A stretch of 64,000 nt of DNA from the human T2T-CHM13v2.0 reference genome, Homo sapiens, in NCBI RefSeq assembly GCF_009914755.1, contig NC_060929.1; one strand, written 5' to 3'. The notes beneath the pieces were generated by a model. The model made no database searches, was not told the DNA's origin, and saw nothing but the letters and a program-made list of their open reading frames with translations. Shown here in pieces: positions 24,844 to 41,917 of the stretch (positions within the stretch are counted from its first letter, which is position 1; the number at the start of each line of letters is the position of its first letter). A program made the position numbers and the translations under genes.

Positions 24844-27800
24844 TCCCTCGTCAATATCTGGCATATCCTAATACAAGGTATTCCAGATTTAATTTCTGTT
24901 TCAAATGTTTTAAAGTTTTTACAGATGTACTTACATCTTTACTATTGGCTACATCTACATATTAAAAATAGTTGATATTCATAATGATGACAAGAACACA
25001 TTGCAATGTTAATCAAAGTAATATTACATTTGTTCTATAATTTCTGAGGCAGGAAAGGGAAATTTTATAAACAATATGGGGTAAAATTCAAAGGCTGGTT
25101 TTACTTAAGGGCAACATCTAGTTCAGCTAGAATGCTTCACATTTGACCTCTTTGGTGAGCTGTAGTTTTACTCTCTGGACTTACAGAGAGTGTAACCTTA
25201 TTTTAGATGGACAGAGGGAATGATGAAGATTTATGTAAGGTACATGTGATAATGAAATATTTAAAATGCAAATGGAGGAAATCCTCTTCTCTGTACTTCG
25301 ATGTATTGAATATGTTCAAGTCTACTTGGCACAGGGAAGCCAAGTAGGAAATTATGTGTTTAAGGATGGCAAACTATCCAGTCACCTGGAACATCATCAT
25401 ATCACTTACCTATGCAGAAGAGAAATTGAAAATGCCCCGAATAAAGGCAAGCAGAACAATAATGTGCCAACCCAACCCATCAAAGAAAGAAATGGAGAAA
25501 ATGTGGGGTTGTCAAATTTTATATCAAGACAATAATGTTTCACAATATGCCTATACTTTTTTTAAGTACAGAAAGAGATAATTCTAGCTGCCTGAAGAAA
25601 TGAAAGAGCAAGCTGGAATGCAATGACAGTTTTATACTACAAAAATGGGATGTATGACTTTGGAGTGGAATTAAGCAACTGAACAGTTAGGATCAGCTTT
25701 ATTAATTATGACCAGTTAATCAGATGAGCCTTTTGGCGAAAATTATTGAAGTTTGAAATCTTCTAAGAATAGAAACTTCCATTTTTTCTCAAGGAAGCTT
25801 TCTTATAGGCTCAAGAAGATTAAAAGATGACTTCTCATTAAGAAAGCAGAGTGGCTGGTCTTTCACAAGATGAAGATATGTGCCTTCAAGGGGAAGCTCC
25901 CCATCTCTGGCAGGTGGGATCCTCCATGAGAAGCACAAGTGTTGAGGTGATACTTGCCTGGTCATCTAGGCTCTCCAAGACTGACCAACCTGATCGGCAT
26001 TAGCACCCTATGCTTCCCAACTTGTTTTGATTTTCTAGTTTATTACAACCTTACGTAGCTGAATTCTACTTAAGCTTCCAAATAAAGTATGTCTTAGGTT
26101 TATTTGATTTTGCTGGTATATTTCAGGTTTAATTTCTGGACTCTTGCCTTAACTACCTTAAAAATGTTCTCCTGCCAAATCTATCATTCTTCCTGTCAGC
26201 TGTCCTCCTAACAAGTTTGCATGTCCTGAAAACAATGCAAGATTTACACTTACTGCATGCAAAATTTTGATTGCATCTATAACATTCATATTTCATTGTA
26301 TATTTTAAGTTCTGTTCATCAAAATTTGTGAAATGAATTTTCATTTTCTTTAGGTATTACAAATAATAATGTACTTAGAAGATATTAGATATACATCAAT
26401 TCTGTGAAAAAAATGACTTCTGGAACAAACATTTATTGAATGAATTAACTACTACACATTAGGTACTATGAATTAGCTCCTTTAAATTCAATAGTTTTAA
26501 AACTTTAATAGCTTAATTTTCCTGCCATAAAGATGACTTAATTTTTACCTGATATGTTTTGTTTATCTTAAAGCTCAGTAACTATAGTAAAATGGGTATT
26601 TTATTTCTTCTTTTTCCTGACAGATTTTATTAATCTTTATTTTAAAACAGAACCAGATACACCTTGGTTGTTCACATTCTCTGGTTGCCATTTAGTCTCA
26701 AAGTAAACATTGGAAACATATGACAAGCAATAGTTTAATGAAGCCATAGCACTTACAGAGTTCTCTCAACTTACAGAGTTCTCTCTCAAATGGTGACAAT
26801 ATAAAATCTGTCATAAATACAGTGAAAGATGCAAGGTAGAACACATTTTAATACTGGTACAATAGCAGTAGCAGCTTTGCAAATGTTTATCTATGATTTC
26901 TATAGCATTTTTCTTCTGCCTGGCCTCATTATGAGCAAAGAACTTATTTTTCTAATAGGTATTTTTACTGATTATTCTGTGTCAGTTTTTTACTGGGGTA
27001 CAATGTACACTTTCAATCTGTATATTCAAGTCATCTTTCATTTTTGAAATGATTTCCTGATTTATATATTTTAATTTTGTCTCATGATTTTAATTTCTCA
27101 TTTTGGGGGTTACCAATATGCATAGAATGACAATATTATATATATATGCATAGCCTTGATCTTTTTTTAAAAGGCCAAGTTTATTGATTTATAATTCACC
27201 CATTTTAACAACATTGTTCAACAGATTCCAACAGATTCTGTATAATTACCACTCACAATCAAGATACAGAATATTATGCACCACTCCAAAGTTCCCACAT
27301 GCCTCCTTATATCCACAGAAGTTTGCTTGCTGAAAACATTTTTTGCATTAGTAATCATGTTTTCTAATCAGCCCATTCTTTGAGGCCAGTAGAGTTAACT
27401 GCTGAATTACTAACTGCATAAAAGTCTTATTCTTCATATTCATGAAATAAATACAAATTAAACAGCAGTAAATACCGCTTTTGTCTGCCTTGTGGATAAA
27501 TGTTGAAATTATTACATTTATTCTGAAAGTAGTGAGGTTGACAATGCTATAATTGCTTGTGGAAATATATATTTATAAAATTCACATGGAGAGTAATAGA
27601 TCTCCACTTTTAAAATAGCCAATTTATTAAATTATTCTAGTTTCAAAGAAAGTGTTGGAGATATGCATTGGCAATAGTGTATAAAGATATGCACTTTTTA
27701 TACTGTTGAATATTCATTTTATAATAATTTTGAGTACCATAAAATACTATGACAAATATCTTTGTACATACTGGGCAAATTCCAGAAAGTTCTGTCTCTG

Positions 27801-28106
27801 CCACATTGTATTTTATAAAGTTTCTATAATCAACATTGTTTCTTTTATAATTAAATTTTAAAAATGCAGTCAAATCTGTGGATGGGATATAATAAATAGA
27901 ATATTCTGAGACCTCAATGCAAAATCTTGATGCCAAAAGTAATTTTTAAATACAAGATTATTACAAAATTTATGCCAAATTTTTAGATAGTTTTATAACA
28001 AACAAGACAGAAGGGAAAATTAAAGGTCTTACAATACCATTCATTTATAATAGGAACCATTTTTAGAGAAAGCATCTTGGGAAAGAAGACCAAGCTAATT
28101 ACAATT

Positions 28107-31290
<3,184 letters not shown>

Positions 31291-32789
31291 ATTCTTTAAT
31301 AATTTTTGTGGTGGACATTTTTATTCTTTGCTGGCCAATTTATTGATAATAACCCTCAGAATTTAATTAATGCATATATAAACATAGGAGGCATATTAGA
31401 TACAACACTTGGTTAGCATTGATTTACATAGACATCTGAATAAGTCAAAAATCTGTTATGATGGCAAGAGCACTGAGCTGAATCTCCTTGACACATGTGA
31501 CCTGGTCATGCTGGAATTGTTTGAAATGTCTCTTCAGTTCCAGCCTAACTCTTCCCAGTGAAATTGTCTTTGTGACTTCTCAATTTCTTCCTTCTGGATG
31601 TTTATATCTAATAACATAGATGGTTGTTTACTTACTTCAGTTAAAATTATTTCAAAATATTTCAAAAGAGCAAGTATTTATTTTATTTCCAAGACAGATT
31701 ATGGAGTAAATAATATTGGCTTTATTTCAATACATATATTATGTTCACAAAAAAATCCACCAGTGTTACATACAAAATTGCCCTAATATCTAAATTACAA
31801 ATCCTTGAGAGTGGAGAATATATATTTTTTATTGTGATCATCCTTTGACTAGAATGTAGAGAATCAATAAATATTGGTTATGAATGAATATCACACTTAC
31901 ATTGTAGAAAATTAACATAATTAACAAAGGTGTCAAGAAAATCTTGTACCTTTAAATCTAACTTTCACACCATTTCAAGTCAACTTGCCATCATTAATAA
32001 ACTCTTTACTTTTTCTTTGTCAACATTCTTGTTGATGCAGTAAACCTTGTTTGCTTCAAAGCCTCAATCAAGACTGACCTCCTTGATTAAATACTTTCTG
32101 AATTAGCTCATCCTTTGGAATGAGTTTCTGCTATATTATCAAGCCTTGGATTAATGTTGTTTGGGAATGTTATTGTGATGTATGTTTGTTGTTCCAACTA
32201 CACTATGGACCTTCAAAGACTGAGGCAGAAATAGAGACATTAGAGAAACTGGAAGAGCAATTTATTTCCTGAGGCATACTCTCTAAAAGTAGCATTTTTT
32301 CAACCATTTTTTTTCCAAGTGGAGATGTTCAACTTATAGTTATTAACACATTATGAAAAGAAACATTACAATGGTGAAACACTAAAAGTCACCTTCAAGC
32401 TGTGCCTCTTTTTCTATGTTTTTGTTTCTCAGTGAGCAGATAGTACCAGCCATGGCCTGTCTGGATCTTTCCCTGAGTTTCTTCCGCAGATGTAAGAACT
32501 CTCCTGTCTTTCTGCCCCATTCAGAACATATAGTGAACACTTCTGTATTTCATAGGCAAGCATGTATTTATATGTTGTCATGTTGTCATGAAATGGACAG
32601 AGATGGCGTGTAAGATTTTCTGAGAATTATAATTTTGCTGTAAGACTTTAATAAAATCTCTGTTTTAAGGGTAAAACTTGAGGATTATGGCATAAATCCC
32701 AAATTAACAAAATGTTATTTAGGAAACTTCAACACATTGGGTGCACTGTCTATTTCTTTCTTTGGATCCCACTGGCTCCTATTAGCAAA

Positions 32790-32985
32790 AAATTATATAT
32801 ATAAATTATATATATATTTATAGTTATATAAAATTATATATTATATAAAGTTATTTGTATATAAATATATATGTATATAAATATTTAATATATAAATATA
32901 TATTATGTGTATAAATATTTAATATATATTATGTATATAAATATTTAATATATAAATATATATATATATATAGAGAGAGAGATAG
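32790..32985. repeat. TA-rich degenerate minisatellite ending in (TA)n(GA)n
   Basis: Repeated TATAAATATTTAATATAT units, almost pure A/T. Confidence 0.9.
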
Positions 32986-34113
32986 ACACTATATTGTCTT
33001 AAAGGTAACATATTTTTATTTTTAAGAATATTCAGGAAAGATTCAAGTTAACATTTCCTTTTGTAACCATTCCTTTATTCCTATGATCTGGGTAAATTTG
33101 CCTAGTCTATTTTTCTTTACCCTAGATTTAAAAAATTTAAACAAATCAGGAAATAACCTTGTTTTCTATTCTTCTTGTAAAAGCAGCACTTATTAAAATT
33201 TCATTCAGTGTTTGATCCCTTACTCCCCTAAAGCTTAGATAATGTCCAAAAAATCTACTGCAAGTCAATAGGACTGTTTCGATACATGCTTCATTATCGC
33301 AGCTTTTGCTGCATCCTTGATTGAAGGTCATGCTCTGCTAGATGCATGGCAACACCACCAGTCAAGTTCACATCAGATCTGCTTCTTGAGGTTTGCAGAA
33401 TAGCCCAAAAAAAGTCATTCAACTTCTGAGGAACCACACTGGAATTTTGGCTGGCCGATAGGATTGGTGTTTTTATGTCTTAGCTGTAATTTTGGTAGGT
33501 TATTTAAACCATGCCATTAGATGGGTTCCTGAAATAAACTAGTCTGGATGGAAATAAATACTGGGGAATATTCACTTTAAAAGAGATGAGCGTTTTGACT
33601 CTCTGAAGTCTTACTGTGGTAGAAAATAACTCTTTTCATGCCACCAGAGGCAAAATTGCTGATTAATGGAGAAATGCAGTTAGCTAGAAAAAAAATCTTT
33701 ACTGACACTATAAAAAACAGTATTTTATGCTGTATCTCTGAACAATACAACAAACTTTTCTTTAAATCATCTGCTTTAGTCTGGCATCTTAAAATGGAGA
33801 TGTAATTATTTTCACAATCGATTAGTTTTTTACAGTTGCCATAAATGGTAAAAAGAAGAGTAAAAATAAATCCATAAAATTCCCTTCCCTGACAAATGGT
33901 TTATAAGTCATAAGAAAAACTGCACCTCTTCATATCCTTCAAATTAATTGTTTTATTGATAAAATAAGAACTGTTTAAAAATGCTTAATCAATGCAAATA
34001 TGGCATAATTATTGTGTCTGGGAAGTTTTTTGTTTTAATTAGAAAAAAAGAATATTTTAAAAATGCACTTAACCTATTCATTGTATCTTGGGATATTTGT
34101 GAAAAGAAGTGCA

Positions 34114-34454
34114 GTGATCTAGAAAGTAGAAGGATGGTTACCAGAGGCTGAGAAGGGGGTGGGGGACAGGGAGTGGTGTGGAAGGATTAAAAAAATAGTT
34201 GAAAGAATGAATAATACCTAGTATTTGATAGCACAACAGAGGGACTATAGTCAAAGTAATTTAACTGTACATTTTAAAATAACTAAAGATTGTAACTCGA
34301 TTGCTTGTAACACAAGGGATAAATGCTTGAGGGATAGATGCTCCATTTTCCTTGATGTAATCACTACACATTTCATGCCTGCATCAAAATATCTCACATA
34401 CCCTGTAAAAATATACACCTACTATGTACCCACAAAAATTAAAAATTAAAAAAA
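34114..34454 (+). mobile_element. L1MA (L1MA2/3-like) 3' end
   Basis: GATGGTTACCAGAGGCTG...GATAGCACAACAG...ATATACACCTACTATGTACCCACAAAAATTAAAAATTAAAAAAA. TSD AAAAGAAGTGCA / AAAAGTAGTGCA. Confidence 0.9.
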
Positions 34455-34720
34455 GTAGTGCACTGACAGTTTATAGAGGGAGGAAATTGCTTTGAAAAAT
34501 ATCAAGATACTTTTTAAAACGGTTTTCTTCTTGATATTATTTCTCCATTTTCTGTTGCCCATTTTTGTTGCCAAATTCTATATCTGCTCCCTATTAAGAG
34601 AATTTACTCACTTCCATAAGCATGTGGTAAATTGATATTGTAACACCCAGAAAGAAGCTCTAAGCTTTTTAGGGGTTTTACATGTGTGACGGAAGAATAC
34701 CCCAAAACAAAGACTCCTTG

Positions 34721-34888
34721 AAGGGCCGGCTGCATAATTTGTAGGCCCACTGAAAAACAAAAATGGAGTCCATTAAAAAATGAAGAATTTCAAGGTGGTA
34801 ACAGGAGAGGATGAAATCAAGCATGGAGCCTTTCTAAGCGAGGGGTCATTTGTGGTTGCACAGGTCAAGGCCTATGAGGTTGGCCCTG
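34721..34888. mobile_element. MER45A (hAT-Tip100 MITE)
   Basis: Termini AGGGCCGGCT...GTTGGCCCTG, with internal AAGAATTTCAAGGTGGTAACAG and TGCACAGGTC. Confidence 0.85.
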
Positions 34889-35889
34889 GCTGCTTCTGGG
34901 AGCCTCTTAACTATTCTCTTCCCTGTTTTTAAAATTATTTAAATGAGGATCATCTGTTCTTTTATTTGTCATAGACTTTGAGCAGCTCTTTTCCTCTCTC
35001 TTTAATATTTTGGATCCTTATTTTTGCCTTTCTGTCAATTTTTGATTCATGCCCATGCTTTAAAATGCTCAGTGATATCCTTCTTGACAACTAGCTCCAA
35101 AACATCTTTCAATTTAACCACCTCCTTGATTTTCCTTCTCCTTCTCTTCCCTCCAATTCTAGCCTGCATGATCTGGTTCCAATACCCTGATTTATGCCCT
35201 TATCCAACACTCCTCATTGACCCAGGTTTGTTAAATGCTCTGTGGGCCCCTGGAATGAGTCAGTAACTCACATATCTTGAGACTAGATAGCGGTGTCTTG
35301 ACCACTAGGATTCCATTACCTTTGTGTTCTTCTTCCTCTGCCGTCAGATTTTGGAAAGATCTAAAAACAAAGTATGCATTTGTTATTTTTGGATGTGGTT
35401 TGTTTTTAGATTTATGACCTCATTTCTACCTTTGTGAACAGGACTAGACAATAACTTAAAAGAGACTAAGGCCCTCTTTCATCATTACTGGAAACTCTTA
35501 ATAAAACCTTAAGCCTTTTACTTCCTTTTTTTTTTTTTTTTAAACTCCTGGGTCCCATCTGGATCCTTCTAACTCTGAAGATCAACAGATAACCTTCAAG
35601 AAGGAGGAGGACAGCTTAACAGAAAGAAGAGGAAAAGGAAATTTTAAAAGGGTAACTTTGAAACTAGGGTACTTTTGAGAACAAATGGTTCAGGCTCTAG
35701 GGCACACAACCTAAACAAGCAAAGCCAGGGAACCAAAGAACATATGAAGATTTTTTTTTAAATACAAATCCTTCTAACAGATATGTCTTATCCTCCTGAC
35801 ATTAGTGCAAGAAACTGAGCCAAGGGTAGGAATGAAGTTATCATATCTCCTCCTGGACTATCTGTTTCTAATAATAGTTCTACAGTTCT

Positions 35890-36055
35890 AAAGCAGCTTC
35901 TTAATTTCTCTTAATCACCTAATAAGGTAACAGGGGAAGCAATAGTCACTTCTTATCATTGAGGAAACTGAGGCTCATGTGGCTTAGCTGATATTTCCAA
36001 GGTCACAAAGTAACATAAAAATTTAATGAGAACTCAGAATTCTCAAATGCCTAAT
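35890..36055 (-). mobile_element. MIR SINE
   Basis: TGAGGAAACTGAGGCTCA...TTCCAAGGTCACA. Confidence 0.7.
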
Positions 36056-38029
36056 AAGGAGTCTTGTCATATCTTCTTGCTAGTATCAAGATATTTGTCA
36101 CTGTTGTCACTGTTTTTGCCAATTTCCATGTTATTTCTAGATTAACCATCACTTAGGTCTTCAACTTCCTTTACTGTTTTTCTTCTTTCCGTATTCATCA
36201 TTCTTATGTATGACAATTCTTTAGTTTATGCCAGTGTAATTTTGTTGATAGACTGTTTTTTCAAGTATTTGAAGCTAGTTCTTTGATATGTATTATTTCA
36301 GTAATGAGGTAAGATAGCACGCTAAAAATTACTACAATTTTTAGCTTAACCAGTAACTTATAGTTTCCATATGTCACTGGGTGTCATTTATAATCTCTCA
36401 AAATTAGACTCAATAGTTATTTATCCTGAGCTATATCGTTAGTTTTAAATATCACCAGGCTTTTAGATGGAGATCTTAAGATTGTACAGTTGCTTAGTTA
36501 CTGGCTTTTTTCATTGCTTCCCATTTAAGCCAATGACTAAATGAACAATTAGGACTTGGGTTGTGTGAGGAATGTGTTTTATTTGGCATGGACCCTAATG
36601 ATCAGATAATGAACAGCTTCATTCCTATCAAGAGGATATTCTAAAGGATGGTTTCATTTCTTAATGCTGACCCTCACTCTGAGAAGCAGGCTGCTCTAAT
36701 CATGATAGTTAATGACCAATAAGTGGCCATTTGTCACATTTTCATTCTTTATTCCAGGCCTCAGCCAACCTCTAACATAAAGGATTCAGACTATGATAAA
36801 ATGCTTTAACAGGTAATGATGAGAGAGCTGATGAGAATTTTTAGGGCAGAGTTCATGCTCCATATGTTCTCTGTAGTAATCATATTGAAAAATAGTAGTT
36901 TGGTTCGAGGCACTACATAGTTTGATTTACTGGACATTTATTGACTACCCTATGTGTAACTCCTAACAGTAGAAAGAGAAATGAATATCAAAGCACAAAT
37001 CTCTGCCTTTAAAAAGCTTATTCTGTAGTAGGAAGTCAGGTTCTTAATAAAAATTTAAATGAAATAGATTAAGACAAGTTTGATTACTAGACTCGTTCAC
37101 AGAAAATTTTATAAATTCAGCGGAAATCTTAGGAGCCTCCAAAAATTATGAAGGTCTTTAAATGGTTTCTTTTGTACCCTGGGCTTGTATGTACTTGACA
37201 TTGAATATAAATATAACCCAACATTTGAAAAGTTCACAGTTAAATTGTGGAAGTTCATTAACTACATGATTACAGCTGATTTGTTATGTTTAAACTTCCA
37301 TAATCCATTTACAAGGTTTGTCCATTTAAAATTTATAAATTAGCAGTTTTCTCTGCTTCTATTATTCAGGTCATTGCACCTTAGATAAGCTAAGTGTTTA
37401 AGTGTTTCCTCTAAAGAAAGCAAACAAAATTTAAATATCTAGCATAGGAAGGTCGAACTACAGAAAGTAATCATTAGTGGTCTAAACAAGAGCTTCTATT
37501 ATTATTAGACACTAATATTCTATAAATTTTTCTATAAATGATCTATAAATTAAATTACATATTATTAGAGAAAAACATTTTAAGAATGAAGTATTTTAAA
37601 ATAAAATGTTATGATGTTACTTTCCATTTGGGTGGTATATGTCACATATTCTAGATTTATTCTCGTGAAATATCATTCAAATAAAGTTTAAAAAGAGAAT
37701 AACCCTATTTCAATGCCTTTGTTATTATAATACTATATGCCAAGGGAATTTCTAATGACCTAAGTGTTATACATTACAATTTCTGTTTAGAATTAAAACA
37801 TTTACTGAAAAAAGAGTTTACAAGGTTTCATTAATTCAGTTGTAACATATATGGTGATGAGGATGGAAAGATGAAATAGAAATTAGTGAAGCATAAATGA
37901 AAATCAAAATTACAGTGAAGAAACTCAAAATATCACTGGTCACCAAATATTAATCGTTTGCAAAGGATTTTGGTAATAAAAAGAGAGAAATAATAGTCTA
38001 TAGCTTACAAAGACTTTTTGATTCTTTAA

Positions 38030-38590
38030 AGTATTTATTTATTTAGTGTCTACTCTGTGTGTCAAACACTGTGAGAGATAAAATATCACCTCCAAGAAGT
38101 ATAAAATCCAGTAGCAGGACTCAAATTTCAACATAAATAATTGCAATGTTTGGTAGAACATAAAAGGTTCATAACTGAGTTACAGAAAAAATCATATGAA
38201 TGTTGAAAGGTGGGGAATATTATTCACGACTGGTGAGGTGGGGAGTGAGTTGATTCAGCAAAGAGTCCACAGATCAAGTGGCATTATACTGGGATGGTGT
38301 TTTTTCAGGATGAAATAAGTCAAATGTTGAGGAATGAAGAGCACAGCAAAAGCCCTGCTTGACAGAGGCACTGAGGAAGTGAAGAAAAACAGGAATTGAA
38401 AAGTTTTGGAAAACATGGGGATGCTTGTGTATGGGAAAGCATTGAATGCTAGGTTAAAGGGCAGTCTCATTTAATTCTATTCAGCAAATATGTATGAAGC
38501 AATTTACTGCATGTGTTGTGCTAAGATCTGTGAATATAAAAACAATCAAGGCAACAATTTTTCAATCCTCAGGAATTCACTTTGTCGATG
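38030..38590 (-). mobile_element. L2 fragments
   Basis: TATTTATTTAGTGTCTACTCTGTGTGTCAAACACTGTG and ATTCAGCAAATATGTATGAAGCAATTTACTG L2 tail motifs. Confidence 0.55.
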
Positions 38591-39300
38591 TAGATGTCAC
38601 AGAAGTCAGGAGTTGAATAAGCTAGGTGAATTATTGGGTGCTTTTGGTCAGAGGAAATCTGGGTTGTAATTTGGAAGCAATAATTTAAAGGTGATGTGTA
38701 AAATAAACTGGAATGGAAAAGACTTGGGCAATATACCCTCAAATGTCAGCATTCACAATTTTATTTTATTCAGTTATGAAAAGGACATCTTTTAAAAGAA
38801 GAAAAGGAAACATACCAAATCATGTTTACAGGCTGGTGGGGAGAACAAATCTAAGTGGAGTGAGGCTTTTTTTTTTAATTCAGGAATCTCAAGTTAATGT
38901 TATAATTTCATTTAAGTGAAGGTAATTCTGACACAGAGTAGTCACTAGAAAGATTTATTTCTTTAATATGCACAACTGCATGCACTAATGAGGGCAGAGG
39001 CATGGCGCCAGATCCTGAAAACACCAGTGTTCCTGCCCTCTCAGGAGATTGTCTCAGCAGCTCGAGATCACAGCAAGAGAAAATAAGTGATACCAAGGAT
39101 TTGGGTAAGAGGGGTGAGAGTGATGGAGGAGGGGGGAAAAGAGAGAGCTTATGCTAAAATTGAAGAATGAAATAAATCTATGTAAAATTAAAATTCATTC
39201 TTAACAGTTTCACAGTTAGGAAATATGACACACTTGAATGCCAAATGATTGCTCTAAAATTCTGCTGCTGAACTATTAAAATGATTTAACTTTTCTCCAT

Positions 39301-39852
39301 ATGGTAGGCAGAATTCTAGGATGTCCCATAAGATTCTTGCCCCTGATAAACAAGCTTTGTTTAATCTCTTCTCCTTCAGGGTGGATCAAACCTGTCAATA
39401 TGAGGATGTCTGTCTTGTGAGTAAATTACATTATGTCATAAAATGGACTTTTTTCAGATATAATTTTGATTCCTCTAGTCAGCTGACTTTGAGCCAATCA
39501 GAAGGGAGATTATCCTGGGTGAGCCTGACCTAATCAGGTGAACCTTTGAAAAAGGGTCCAGGAATAAGAAATACTCTTTGCTATTGGCTTTGAGGAAGCA
39601 AGCCACACTGAGTTATACAGCTGCAAAGAAAGAATATTCCAGTAACCACATTAGCCTGCAGGAGAATCTGGGGCCTCAGATGGGACACAGCTCTGGCTCA
39701 CACTTTGAGCGCTGCCTTGTCAGATCCTGAGCAATGCACCCTGATAAGCAGAGTTCAGACTTCTGACCTACAGAAACTGTGGGAAAATAAACGACTGTTT
39801 TAAGTTGCTAAGTTTGTGGTAAATTGTTATACTGCAATAAAAAACGTATGCA
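39301..39852 (+). mobile_element. MLT1E-family MaLR solo LTR
   Basis: GGTAGGCAGAATTCTAGGATG..., GGGAGATTATCCTGGGTGAGCCTGACCTAATCAGGTGA, ending GTTTTAAGTTGCTAAGTTTGTGGTAAATTGTTATACTGCAATA. Confidence 0.85.
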
Positions 39853-41274
39853 CTCTTTCTTGAATAAATATTCTGAGGGCAGGAAGATAAAAATATATAT
39901 GAAAATGCTTTTATTAAAAAATGAATGAAAATTCATTGATTAGTCAACCTAAAAGTGTTTAGGCTGGTAGATGTTATTTCCCTACAACTGACTCTTATTC
40001 TTAAGAGTTAGGTGTGGTTTAAGATTGAGCAGGCCATCAAATGGCCATGGGCTACTGTGACAGAGAAAAAAAATGCCTCTTTTTATCTCACTTAATTATC
40101 ATTTTAAAATTATCATTGATTTCCTGAGGAGAGGAAATGAGCTATTTTGGGCAGACTTGGACTTGGATTTGATCACAAAATGTATCATTTAACTGTCCTT
40201 TTTGAGGTATAACTCTATAACTTATGCTGTCCTTTTGTTTCTGTCTCTAAAGTATTTTCTTGGCATTGCACTGAAGAATGTGATGAAGAATGGAATCAAG
40301 CATTCATGTATCATATAGACAAAGAAATCATAGTCATTAGTTTGGGGCAAGTGTAGTATTTGTGGAGGAATGAGTTCCACTTGCTTTCTCTCAACTTTCT
40401 TTCTTGATTCCTGAAATAATAAAAATTGATTTTTGAAAAGAATGAGGAAATGAACAGAAACACTGTAATCAGAATAAAGCTCCAGAGTTATGCCAAAAAC
40501 CAACTTGGCAACCTTAGGAATTAGTGGAAAAGAAAGTTGTTCTTTATCAGTAAAACAGCCTATGGAACAAGGGTATAGGAAGTGGTTCAATGTAACAGTA
40601 GAAAGGTTTATTTGTCTCAAAAACGTGTCATCAGGAGGATGTGTTTGAAAAGTGGTTCGCTTTATCCCTCGCTTCAGCAGGCTGGACGTGAAGACTAGTG
40701 CCTCATTTTATCTGTAAGGAGTGGAAAACAGAAGGGAACAGAATCACAGAAAATCTGCATTAGGGGCTGAGAAGAGAGAGAAGGACTCAAATGAGGAGGG
40801 CAGGGTAGTAAGAAGAAGGGAAAGAAACAAAGAGGGAGCAAGAAAGAAGAAATCTCCCAATGTCCTTCCTTAGTGACAGATTTTGTACCATTTACTGAAG
40901 AGGAAAGCTGAAGAACAGTTTGGCATTATTCTCTGGACTCTATTTGTGTATTTGATCTTAAAATTTTAGAACTTTTAATAATGGACTATGTTTTTAATTC
41001 TTTCAAACATTAAGAGTTTAAACAGATGTAAAGGTATACCTTTCTTTTAATTAGTATTCTAAAAGCCTCAAAAATGTGTAAGTCAACACATGGGATTTCA
41101 AACATTCTTATTATTAAACTACAGAAAATTTAGGTATACGTATATCTATAGATATTGAAGTATACTGCAGCATTTTCTAATAAATTCTGATAAATAGTGG
41201 ATATTTTATCATATTTAACAAGGTCATAAGAGTTCAGTAATCGTCCTCTTTACACTGATACTTATCTGTTTACC

Positions 41275-41917
41275 CATCTCAGTTCATTTGTGTTGCTATA
41301 ATAGAATATCTGAGATTGGGTAGTTCAAAAACAGAAATTTATTTTTATTTCAATAGGTTTTTGGGTAATAGGTGTTATTTGGTTACATGGATAAGTTCTT
41401 TAGTGGTGATTTCTGAGGTTTTGGTGCACCCATCACCCGAGCAGTGTACACTGTACACAGTTGTAGTCTTTTATCCCTTGTCACCCCCCACCCTTTCCCC
41501 AGAGTCCCCAGAGTCCAATATATCATTCTTATCTCTTTATGTCCTCATAGCTTACCTTCCACATATGAGTGAGAACATACAATTAAAAACATAAATTTAT
41601 TTCTCATAGTTCTGGAGGTTAGGAGCCCAAGACAAGGGTGCCAACAGTTTTGTTATCTGGGGAAGGCTGCTCTGTGTTCCAAGATGATGTCTTGAACAGT
41701 GAGTCCTTTGGAGGGAAGGAAGGCTGTGTTCTTACATGGCAGAAGGTCAAAGGGCAAAAAGGCCTAACACTGCATGGAACTTTTTTAAAAGCTTTTTAAT
41801 TCCATTCATGAGAGAGGAGCCCTCATGATGTAAGTAATCACTTCTTGAAGACCACACTTCTTAATATTTACATTGGCAGCATATAAAATTTAGAGGGAAT
41901 GTATTCAAACCATAGCA
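41275..41917 (-). mobile_element. MSTC/MSTD-type MaLR solo LTR interrupted by L1
   Basis: TCTCAGTTCATTTGTGTTGCTATAA...CATAGTTCTGGAGG...TTCAAACCATAGCA. Confidence 0.85.
41345..41582 (-). mobile_element. Short L1PB1 3' end inserted in MST LTR
   Basis: GGTTACATGGATAAGTTCTTTAGTGGTGATTTCTGAG...GTGCACCCATCACCCGAGCAG. 18-bp TSD AAAAACAGAAATTTATTT / AAAAACATAAATTTATTT. Confidence 0.9.

Noticed and set aside
25266-25581. Two overlapping ORFs of 75-89 aa in unique sequence
   Set aside because: No recognisable protein similarity, exon structure or processed-pseudogene hallmarks.
33641-33654. CCACCAGAGGCAAA CTCF-like motif
   Set aside because: The conserved GGGC 3' part of the core is broken, so it is too weak without ChIP data.
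40668-40680. CTCGCTTCAGCAG resembling the U6 snRNA 5' end
   Set aside because: Only 13 nt with a mismatch and no further U6 sequence; a chance match.
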